Positions 1 to 7,158 of a stretch of 12,600 nt of DNA are shown piece after piece. How positions within the stretch are numbered: the first letter of the stretch is position 1; each line of letters begins with the position of its first letter. A program made the position numbers and the translations under genes. Under the pieces are notes generated by a model, which saw only the letters and a list, made by a program, of their open reading frames with translations, did no database searches and was not told the DNA's origin. Origin of the DNA: Bdellovibrionales bacterium. Its GTDB lineage: Bacteria > Bdellovibrionota > Bdellovibrionia > Bdellovibrionales > JAMPXM01. Location of the stretch: positions 1 to 12,600 of the forward strand of contig JAYUEN010000345.1 of the NCBI GenBank assembly GCA_043739185.1, written 5' to 3'.

Positions 1-372
1 CGGAGCACCGGCTGGCTAAGCGCCGTAGAAAATAATACTGGCAACTGTAGACTCACAGAATCTGAATTCAACCGAATCGTAGAACTGCTCGATGGCACCC
101 AACATCGTCCCATGTTCAAAACCTGGGTCTCCGTCTACAAAAAAGAGCGGGCTAGCAAGACATTTGATGGTGCAATCTTAAAATATTTTCGGATAAAGAA
201 AGAACTGAGTCTTGTTGAGCTAAGTGAGCTTTCAAAACTTTCTGTCAGTTATCTTTCAGAGCTAGAAACGGGGAAAAAATCCGTAACTTTAGAGTTAAGA
301 AATCAAATTATGCTCGTAGCGGTAAAGTTATCAATTCTTGAATTGCTTAATGATTTAACCCAAGCCAATTGA
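1..372 (+). CDS. XRE-family transcriptional regulator with two tandem HTH domains (5'-partial, runs off window start)
   Basis: Frame of ORF 112..372 is open from base 1: RSTGWLSAVENNTGNCRLTESEFNRIVELL.. is the recognition-helix half of a first XRE HTH. LKYFRIKKELSLVELSELSKLSVSYLSELETGKKSVT is a complete second XRE HTH. The 3' end overlaps the SCO gene convergently by 26 bp. Confidence 0.8.
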   Translation, partial: RSTGWLSAVENNTGNCRLTESEFNRIVELLDGTQHRPMFKTWVSVYKKERASKTFDGAILKYFRIKKELSLVELSELSKLSVSYLSELETGKKSVTLELRNQIMLVAVKLSILELLNDLTQAN

Positions 373-1054
373 CTAGCGAATTAAGCCAATCTCGATTGGG
401 TGCAATACTTAAGCAGCGTTTTAGGAATTGATTTAAGTAAGAGTTGGTTTTGCCCTGACTTGCTTCTGCCATGGCCTGATGAAACCCGCGAACTGTTATT
501 TTTGCGTCTGGTATAGTCTGCGTTATTATCCCATTGGCGCTGAGGATAAATGCAACTGAAGGATGATCGAAGCCAGTTCCATTTATGCTCTTCTCAAATT
601 TGAATCCGAGCTCTTCGGACAATTCTGCAATTTGAAATTTTTCACCTGTTAGAAAGTGAATGCCAGAACTTTTACTCTCGAGACTAAAGGTTTTCATATA
701 GCTCGATTTCTTTTCAATTGCGAGCTTTGCATTTTCATCGGGATCAATACTGACGATGATCACTTCAAAAGCTTTGCCTGGGATCATCTGACTGTTTTTA
801 ATCACTGTAAATAGATTATTGAGCACTAGGCTGCAAACACCAGGGCAACGATAGTAAGCCAAGGCTAAAATAACAGGAGCCTTTGAATGAAAATATTGTG
901 AGAGACTCTGGACTTTACTCTGCTCATCCGAAAATTGAAATTTTTGGATTTGAATTCTTTGGCCATGACGATCGTCGAGTCCAACCTCTGCACGTGCAGA
1001 ACCCAACAGAATCAGATGAGTTGTTGAAAGCAAAATGAGAAAAACTTTGTTCAT
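347..1054 (-). CDS. SCO1/SenC-family copper chaperone, exported
   Basis: N-terminal signal peptide, YYRCPGVC (CxxxC) motif, VSIDP, conserved distal His (FDHPS), FLTG motif: all SCO hallmarks. Confidence 0.9.
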   Translation of the reverse strand: MNKVFLILLSTTHLILLGSARAEVGLDDRHGQRIQIQKFQFSDEQSKVQSLSQYFHSKAPVILALAYYRCPGVCSLVLNNLFTVIKNSQMIPGKAFEVIIVSIDPDENAKLAIEKKSSYMKTFSLESKSSGIHFLTGEKFQIAELSEELGFKFEKSINGTGFDHPSVAFILSANGIITQTIPDAKITVRGFHQAMAEASQGKTNSYLNQFLKRCLSIAPNRDWLNSLVNWLGLNH

Positions 1055-1146
1055 CTATTCGCATTATGACGTTTTCAGGCTCAAGTAGCAATGCTTGTTG
1101 CAAAACTTGAGGAGATGTCTTTTTTTTCATGAAATTCCTGTTACGC

Positions 1147-1152
1147 TATAAT
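1147..1152 (+). promoter_or_regulatory. Possible sigma70 -10 box for the multicopper oxidase
   Basis: Perfect TATAAT 43 bp before the ATG at 1196. Only a weak -35 (TTTTCA, 1124-1129). GGAG RBS precedes the start. Confidence 0.3.
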
Positions 1153-1195
1153 AGATAGTTCATCTGATCGTGAGTTTAGCCAAATTGGAGCAGCA

Positions 1196-2881
1196 ATGGG
1201 TTGTAAAAGCATTTTATTTTTGACTTTATTTCTCATTTGTTTAAATGCAATTGCCAAAGTTCCAAAACGAAGTGTGGCTTCAGATTCTCCAAAGCAAGTG
1301 AGAGGTGGCTCTCAGCCATGCAAGAGAAATGCAGTCGGAAGTGTTGTGGCCGGGCCAAAAGATCTGTTTAGTAAGAGGGGTAAACTCGAGCTTACTCTAA
1401 GCTATGATTCGAATGTCGATGAAGATGGCAATACTCAATATTGCTATCTGACCGAAAATAATGAACGTTCTCCGACCTTACATTTAAAACCCGGCGATGA
1501 TCTTATCTTGACGATCAGAAATAATACTGTCGCCCAGTCAAGTGATGCGATTGTACAAATGCAAAAAGATATGGAGCCAAGGCCCGGAGAAAAATCTCAA
1601 GCCTGCGGACCGGCGACAAAGATGGATTCTTCAACAACAAACGTACATTTTCATGGCACGAATGTTTCTCCCAAATGCGGGGAAGACGAAGCGATCTATA
1701 CAATGATTAATCATGGAGACTCATTCACCTATAGAGTTCATTTTCCAAAAGATGAACCTCCTGGCCTTTACTGGTATCATCCGCATGTACACGGAGTTGC
1801 TGAGCCAGCTCTTCTGGGCGGCGCATCGGGTGCGATCATTGTAGAGGGGATTCAACACATTCAGCGAAAAACGGCCGCTCTTCGAGAACGTGTTTTAGTT
1901 TTAAGAGACAATCTTGTACCGGGTAATCCAAAGCCAGGTGGACTTATACCTTCTTGGGATTTGTCTCTAAACTATGTCCCAGTTCCTTATCCGAAATATT
2001 CTCCAGCTATTATTAAGATGCGGCCCAATCAGCGGGAGCTTTGGAGAGTTTTAAATGCCTCAGCGGATACGATTATCGACCTGCAGCTCACTTACGATGG
2101 TGTGGTGCAAAGTTTACGCGTCGTAGGATTAGATGGAGTGCCAACGGGATCTCAAGATGACAATCACCTTGGAACAGAAATACTTAAAAATCATATTTTT
2201 CTGCCACCTGCTGCGCGTGCAGAGTTTATTATTGACGGCCCAAGCAAAGGAATTAAGACGGCGCAGCTTTCAACTCTCGCTATTGATACTGGCCCGGCTG
2301 GAGATAATGATCCAGCTAGAACAATTGCTTCGATTCAAACAGATGCGAAGGCATCACTCCCGCCCGTTAAAATTCCGCATGAATTTCATTTGCCCTTCGA
2401 ACAGCGCTTTGAGGGTGTCACAAATACAAAGGTGAGTATTAAAAGAAAACTCTACTTTTCTGAGGTCATTTCAAATCCAGCAGATCCGGCAAGTCCTACA
2501 GATTTTTTCATTACTGTTGACGGAGCCAAGTCCGAGAAATTTAGTACTCAAGCGGAGCCAGCTATTACCACAACTGAAGGCACAGTTGAAGAGTGGACGA
2601 TTGAAAATCGATCAACTGAGAATCATGAGTTTCACATACATCAAATTCACTTTTTACTGACCGGACGGAATGGACAGACAGTGCTAAAGGACGATCAGCA
2701 GTTTTTAGATATGGTCGACATACCTTATTGGTCAGGAGATAAAAAGGACCCTTATCCAAGCGTAACTTTGCAGATGGATTTTCGTGGCAATATCGCAGGA
2801 GATTTTGTTTATCACTGTCACATCCTCGGACATGAGGACAATGGTATGATGGCAAAAATTAGAGTATTACCTAGAAAGTAG
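1196..2881 (+). CDS. Three-domain multicopper oxidase (laccase/CueO-like), secreted
   Basis: All four Cu-ligand motifs intact: HFHG, WYHPH, HEFHIH, HCHILGHEDNGM. Sec-type signal peptide (..CLNAIA). Confidence 0.96.
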   Translation: MGCKSILFLTLFLICLNAIAKVPKRSVASDSPKQVRGGSQPCKRNAVGSVVAGPKDLFSKRGKLELTLSYDSNVDEDGNTQYCYLTENNERSPTLHLKPGDDLILTIRNNTVAQSSDAIVQMQKDMEPRPGEKSQACGPATKMDSSTTNVHFHGTNVSPKCGEDEAIYTMINHGDSFTYRVHFPKDEPPGLYWYHPHVHGVAEPALLGGASGAIIVEGIQHIQRKTAALRERVLVLRDNLVPGNPKPGGLIPSWDLSLNYVPVPYPKYSPAIIKMRPNQRELWRVLNASADTIIDLQLTYDGVVQSLRVVGLDGVPTGSQDDNHLGTEILKNHIFLPPAARAEFIIDGPSKGIKTAQLSTLAIDTGPAGDNDPARTIASIQTDAKASLPPVKIPHEFHLPFEQRFEGVTNTKVSIKRKLYFSEVISNPADPASPTDFFITVDGAKSEKFSTQAEPAITTTEGTVEEWTIENRSTENHEFHIHQIHFLLTGRNGQTVLKDDQQFLDMVDIPYWSGDKKDPYPSVTLQMDFRGNIAGDFVYHCHILGHEDNGMMAKIRVLPRK

Positions 2882-2927
2882 ATGTCTGCCGTTCTAACAT
2901 TTAGTGTAAGATAAACCTAAATCGGTA

Positions 2928-3386
2928 TTACTGAACTTTCTCTATACGCAATACGAATGACTGGCAAAAAGGATAAAAAATCCAGCCTTGATCCCAATAG
3001 GTTCTAATTCCAAATGTGTCAGTATTATTTAGCGCCGCCTCACCATCATTTACGCAGCCCACATTACGATTAACGCCATAACGTTCAGTCGTGTCATCCA
3101 CGATAAATCCAAATTCTGATCTATTTGATATGAGTTCTGCAAAACAAATGTGGTGACCTTTTCTTTCTGAAGCCTTGTTTATTGCGTAAGAAAAACTGCC
3201 CAAAGGCAAAGCTTCTCTTTTTTCAAAGGCTTCAATTCTGGATTGAAGGTTTGTTCGCACGAGTTCACAATTATTTTGAGTATCTGGACGTTCAAAATTA
3301 AAAATTACTTTTCGAGAAGGATTATTTGCCAGAGATATTGAGGGACCCAAAAGTACTGTCAAAAAAATCCTAACGAGTATATTCAT
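2928..3386 (-). CDS. Secreted hypothetical protein with 4 Cys, paralogue A (WDQGWIFxPFCQSF family)
   Basis: ATG at 3386 preferred over 3434 because AAGGGG RBS precedes it and it yields a signal peptide (MNILVRIFLTVLLGPSISLA). Homologous to 6701..7153. Confidence 0.85.
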   Translation of the reverse strand: MNILVRIFLTVLLGPSISLANNPSRKVIFNFERPDTQNNCELVRTNLQSRIEAFEKREALPLGSFSYAINKASERKGHHICFAELISNRSEFGFIVDDTTERYGVNRNVGCVNDGEAALNNTDTFGIRTYWDQGWIFYPFCQSFVLRIEKVQ

Positions 3387-3434
3387 TTCTGAAGCCCCTT
3401 TATGAAATCCTTTAATAATTAATTTCATAGGCAT

Positions 3435-3452
3435 TAATAGTGGACACTATTA
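3435..3452. promoter_or_regulatory. Perfect palindrome TAATAGTG-GA-CACTATTA, candidate operator
   Basis: 8-bp arms, 2-bp spacer, about 50 bp upstream of paralogue A. Overlaps a minus-strand TATAAT (3454..3449). Confidence 0.5.
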
Positions 3453-3511
3453 TAATGTTGAAAGTCATGTACAAGCATTTTTTCAAACTATGCGGGAATC
3501 GAGTAGAAATT

Positions 3512-4783
3512 TCATAATTTAAAGTCTTTATGGGACTGAGTTTCGCTTGGTAAGCTACTCTTAGATTCTATGCGGAATATCTTCTGAATTTGAAATACCC
3601 CAATTGATGGATTAGAGCTACCATGAAAACCGCATGTAAAATTAAACTCCCCCTTTTTGCTAGCTAAAAATATTTGGTGAGTTGAATGCTTTGGTTCAGC
3701 CATCAAATCTAGATTTAAGTTCTTTGAACTTAATCGAAACATTTTATCGCTAGCTGTTAAAATAAGTTCAATAATTTTTCCCGCTTCGATTTTAACTTTC
3801 AGCGGCGTACAAGTTCCATCCGATTTACCTGCAATCGAAATTGTCAAATCGGGTATTTTCAACAATTCAATTACCTCGTTTCGTTCCCAATGAACGGCCA
3901 AATCGTAGGCGGTTAGGCCGTCGGTATTTTTAACTCTGCGATCTGGGGCGCCCAACAAAAGATCGGCGACGATTGAGGGATTGCCACCAAGAGCAGCGTA
4001 CATCAGGGCTGTATTGCCGAGACTGTCTTTGGCATCCATATCCACCTCGCTGACTATAAAAGAATCGTAAACATCTTGGACGTTATTCTTTACAGCTTTA
4101 ATGAGCGGAGTTTCTCCGTTCTTATCAGTAACATTCACGTACGCACCGCTATTAATGAGTAAATCGACGATGTCCTTTGTTTTACTAAAAGCTCCCCCTC
4201 CGGCCCCGTGAACGGGAGTATTGCTGGCGCCGCAACTTGCATCAAATAAAAACATGAGCGGCGTACATCCTTGTCCGTTAGCAAAATTAACATTTGCACC
4301 ACATTCGATTGCCCGCTCAACGTTCTCTACATTATTTGCCTGACGTATAGATTCAATCAAATTTAAGTTCTTATCTTTTGGGCAAGGATCTTGCGCTGGG
4401 ATATCTCCAAATATATCACAATTTAATGGTATTTTTTCATAATCAGCTTTTACATTACTATAGGTAGCCTCGATAATTCTGCTATCTTTCACTTGAGCTT
4501 CTAGACTTGTCGACGGGTCAAAATTATCGACATAAAAAATCTTACCAGCTTTATATTTTCTCTTATTTATCCCTAATGCCTGAGTATAAGTTGACCCATC
4601 AGGTAAAAAGTATTGAATGGTACTTTTTAGTCTTGGTCGACTGAGATCAATATCAATTTGAAAAGTAGTCGTATTGCTCGGAGGCAAAACTCCCTTACAG
4701 GCCAATGATTCTGCATTTAAGATATTTGGTAAAAACAAAAATATCACTGTGGATATTGATTTTATTTTTAAAGTCTTGCTCAT
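3512..4783 (-). CDS. Secreted ankyrin-repeat protein with C-terminal EfeO-type cupredoxin domain
   Basis: Signal peptide. Ankyrin motifs GANVN..GCTPLM, GAYVNVTDKNGETPLIKA, DAKDSLGNTALMYAA, DGLTAYDLA. C-terminal CTPLKVKIEAGKIIELILTA..KKGEFNFTCGFHG fits the Cupredoxin_1 pattern. Confidence 0.85.
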   Translation of the reverse strand: MSKTLKIKSISTVIFLFLPNILNAESLACKGVLPPSNTTTFQIDIDLSRPRLKSTIQYFLPDGSTYTQALGINKRKYKAGKIFYVDNFDPSTSLEAQVKDSRIIEATYSNVKADYEKIPLNCDIFGDIPAQDPCPKDKNLNLIESIRQANNVENVERAIECGANVNFANGQGCTPLMFLFDASCGASNTPVHGAGGGAFSKTKDIVDLLINSGAYVNVTDKNGETPLIKAVKNNVQDVYDSFIVSEVDMDAKDSLGNTALMYAALGGNPSIVADLLLGAPDRRVKNTDGLTAYDLAVHWERNEVIELLKIPDLTISIAGKSDGTCTPLKVKIEAGKIIELILTASDKMFRLSSKNLNLDLMAEPKHSTHQIFLASKKGEFNFTCGFHGSSNPSIGVFQIQKIFRIESKSSLPSETQSHKDFKL

Positions 4784-4811
4784 GATTTATCCTCTTCTAA
4801 TTACTGAAATT

Positions 4812-5486
4812 TTAATTGGCTGCACCTTGAGCAATCCATTCACGAATTGCTTTAATTTGGTCATCCTTAAGCTGAGAATAGCCTTCTTTTGCTGGAGGCA
4901 TTCGCTTTTCATCTTTTCGTTCAAGCGCGATGACAAGTCCTGACTCATCTACATTTCCCGGCAAAACTAATTCACGAGGCGAATTCAAGAGTTCCTCTTT
5001 AGTGAGTAGGACTCTTTTGCCTGAGTTGTCTGCCGAATGGCACTTAACACAAGTCACCTGGAAGATGTTTTTATTAATTGATTCAAAGCTTGGTTGAACG
5101 GGTTCGGGCGTGGGATCGGGGGTGCCCCGCTGAGGCTTCTCAGGAGCTCCCATCTCAATCCATGTCCAAAGAATAGCAAGTTCTTGGCTAGTAAGTGTGC
5201 CTTTTCTTGGCATGGTGTGATCATCAAATACTGCGATCTTAATTTTACTTAAGTGAGCAAGCACATTTGAATAAGTTTCTAGATTTACACTGCCAGCATT
5301 GCCGTGGCACGAGACACAGTTTGAAACAAAAACATTTTGATATATGAAGTTAAAAGAAAGTCGTACTTTCTGCTCTTTGGGCAAATCAAAATTTTGAATT
5401 GCCCCTGATGGATCTTTATATATTTTGTATGCGCATCCAACAAAAATTAAAGAAGCTAAAAAAATAAAACTTGAGAGCTTTTTCAA
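4812..5486 (-). CDS. Di-haem c-type cytochrome lipoprotein (two planctomycete-type cytochrome c-like domains)
   Basis: TTG start, lipobox-like IFVGC, CVSCH and CVKCH, each followed by a distal Met (TMPRKG, RMPPAK) and a WI-x-x-GA ending. Pro-rich linker between domains. Confidence 0.88.
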   Translation of the reverse strand: MKKLSSFIFLASLIFVGCAYKIYKDPSGAIQNFDLPKEQKVRLSFNFIYQNVFVSNCVSCHGNAGSVNLETYSNVLAHLSKIKIAVFDDHTMPRKGTLTSQELAILWTWIEMGAPEKPQRGTPDPTPEPVQPSFESINKNIFQVTCVKCHSADNSGKRVLLTKEELLNSPRELVLPGNVDESGLVIALERKDEKRMPPAKEGYSQLKDDQIKAIREWIAQGAAN

Positions 5487-5500
5487 TATAATGACTTCTA

Positions 5501-6085
5501 CTAACGAACAGCTTCTGCTGAAATTAAAGTGCCATCCATTTTAAGATAGACGTTCAACTTTTTAGAGCCATCCATAGTGGTCATGTGTGCAAGTGCTACC
5601 TCTTGACCATTTAAATTCGTTTTTGACATTTCAACAGAGCCGAGATCATCAAAAAATGGCGCGGCTTTTGAGTCTGTCGGATTGTCTAATAAGTAATGTA
5701 GAGAATTTTCAGTCAATGTTACAGAATCGACACCCGGCCATGCGCTGTCTGGACCAGCGGTTCCACCATCAATAACTTGAAAAGCCAGAGGTTTTCCGTC
5801 CTTGTCGAAAGTCATTGCAACTTGGAGTGCGTTACCTTTCGCAGGTTGAGTTTGTGAAACCATCACTTTGAAGGCTACAGGAGCTTGATTTTCTACGTCC
5901 GCAACCTCAACCTTTGCAGTATTCTTCACGAAAGAAGCATCAATCTTGTTAAGCGTGACAAGTCGATCTATTCTATGGACAGAAAGTTCCGCAATTTTCG
6001 CTGATGTTGTTGCGCCGTCACCATGAGCAAAAGCAAAACTGCAAGTGAACAAAATTGCCGATAAAATAGCTGAAGTCGTCTTCAT
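5501..6085 (-). CDS. Secreted hypothetical protein, mature N-terminal His, two internal repeats
   Basis: AAAGGGGA RBS; signal peptide ending AFA then HGDG. Repeats AELSVH..FDKDGKPLA and TENSLH..LKMDGTLIS. Confidence 0.85.
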   Translation of the reverse strand: MKTTSAILSAILFTCSFAFAHGDGATTSAKIAELSVHRIDRLVTLNKIDASFVKNTAKVEVADVENQAPVAFKVMVSQTQPAKGNALQVAMTFDKDGKPLAFQVIDGGTAGPDSAWPGVDSVTLTENSLHYLLDNPTDSKAAPFFDDLGSVEMSKTNLNGQEVALAHMTTMDGSKKLNVYLKMDGTLISAEAVR

Positions 6086-6153
6086 TTAATCCCCTTTGTT
6101 AAAAAATTCTACAGCAAGCTACATTTTAAAATTTAAAAAACATTCGCTCAAAA

Positions 6154-6465
6154 CTAATAGCCTTGGCCCTTCATTAACAAAACTACCTCTGCCAATTTTG
6201 CGTCTACCATCTTCGGGTCTTTGCTATTCATTGCAGCCTTCACGCAGTGATGCATATGGCCCTCGATGATCGAGCACTCAAGACTTTTCAATGCAGAACG
6301 AATCGCCTTAATTTGGACGATAATCTCAGGACAATATCTTCGATCTAAAATCATTCGCTCAACACCTTCGACTTGACCCTTGATGCGTTTTAGGCGCTTT
6401 AGTTCAGGCGTATGATCATGCGGTGTAACCGCTGGCTTACTTAATTTAATTGGCTTTTTTCTCAT
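6154..6465 (-). CDS. csoR: CsoR-family Cu(I)-sensing transcriptional repressor
   Basis: RLKRIKGQVEGVERM, YC..H(+25)..C(+29) spacing identical to the CsoR Cys36/His61/Cys65 ligands, preceding Tyr and a downstream Glu retained. ATG at 6465 has a GAGG RBS and is preferred over 6492. Confidence 0.92.
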   Translation of the reverse strand: MRKKPIKLSKPAVTPHDHTPELKRLKRIKGQVEGVERMILDRRYCPEIIVQIKAIRSALKSLECSIIEGHMHHCVKAAMNSKDPKMVDAKLAEVVLLMKGQGY

Positions 6466-6504
6466 TTTCCTCGCCGTGTCGCACATTAGCATTGTTAAGA
6501 TTGG

Positions 6505-6532
6505 ATGATACCGTATGGGGGTATCTGGTCAA
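6505..6532 (-). promoter_or_regulatory. sigma70 promoter of the csoR operon (TTGACC-N16-TATCAT)
   Basis: -35 at 6532..6527 and -10 at 6510..6505, each 5/6 consensus. The operator fills the spacer and overlaps the -10. Confidence 0.75.
6507..6525. promoter_or_regulatory. CsoR operator GATACCGTATGGGGGTATC
   Basis: GATACC/GGTATC inverted repeat around a G-tract, the established CsoR/RcnR-family operator architecture. Directly upstream of csoR. Confidence 0.88.
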
Positions 6533-6700
6533 TACAATTAATTATCTGGTATACATTGAAAGTTAAGTTGGCAAATTAGAAATAGAGTTCTTGCCATGAG
6601 TTAAAATTACCAATAGTGTGGCCGAAAAGGGGAAAGATACAAAGTGTTTCTAATTGTATCTTAATTAATAACTAACTTAATTTGAAAAGGATTGGAAAAT

Positions 6701-7153
6701 ATGAAAGCACTTTCGCTAGTTTTACTATTAAGCAGTGTGGTCTCATCTATGGCTTTAGCTATGGAGTTTAACTTTGGCAGACAAGATGCTCAAAACGACT
6801 GCGCAAATGTAGCTACAACACTTGCATCAAGAGTTAAAGCCTTCTCTGAAAATGCAGGAGTGTCTATAGGTGATTTTTCACTTGTCGTTAATAAAGTAGC
6901 AAAGCGAAAGAGTCACAAGAGTTCAATTCATTATTTTTGCGTAGCTCAATTGGAATCAAAAAATGCTCAATATTCATTTGCTACAGCTCAGAGTGAGGAG
7001 AATTATGGCGATGAACGAAATGTTGCCTGTGCGCATGATTCTGAAGTTGCGATGGGTGATTCTAGCGTTGTTGGAGTGAAAACAAATTGGGATCAAGGAT
7101 GGATTTTTAATCCCTTTTGCCAAAGCTTTAGTGTGTTCATAAAACGGAATTAA
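6701..7153 (+). CDS. Secreted hypothetical protein with 4 Cys, paralogue B (WDQGWIFxPFCQSF family)
   Basis: AAAGGA RBS then ATG at 6701; signal peptide ending MALA. Aligns with 2928..3386. Confidence 0.85.
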   Translation: MKALSLVLLLSSVVSSMALAMEFNFGRQDAQNDCANVATTLASRVKAFSENAGVSIGDFSLVVNKVAKRKSHKSSIHYFCVAQLESKNAQYSFATAQSEENYGDERNVACAHDSEVAMGDSSVVGVKTNWDQGWIFNPFCQSFSVFIKRN

Positions 7154-7158
7154 CGATT

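Noticed and set aside
1080..1111. Imperfect inverted repeat CTCAAGT..GCAA..TTGC..ACTTGAG between SCO and MCO
   Set aside because: Bulged and asymmetric, no second copy, matches no operator I recognise.
924..2855. ORFs 924..1130, 1515..1703, 2133..2435, 2565..2855
   Set aside because: Alternate-frame or antisense shadows of the SCO and MCO genes with no recognisable motifs.
4135..5775. ORFs 4135..4320, 4674..4943, 5587..5775
   Set aside because: Shadows overlapping well-supported minus-strand genes.
6522..6550. Direct repeat TATCTGGT at 21-bp spacing next to the CsoR operator
   Set aside because: Only two 8-mers in AT-rich DNA, and the first is explained by the operator and -35 box.
2928..7153. 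Paralogue pair as terminal inverted repeats of a transposon or invertible segment
   Set aside because: Copies are too diverged outside the short Trp-rich motif, and no recombinase or transposase is in the window.
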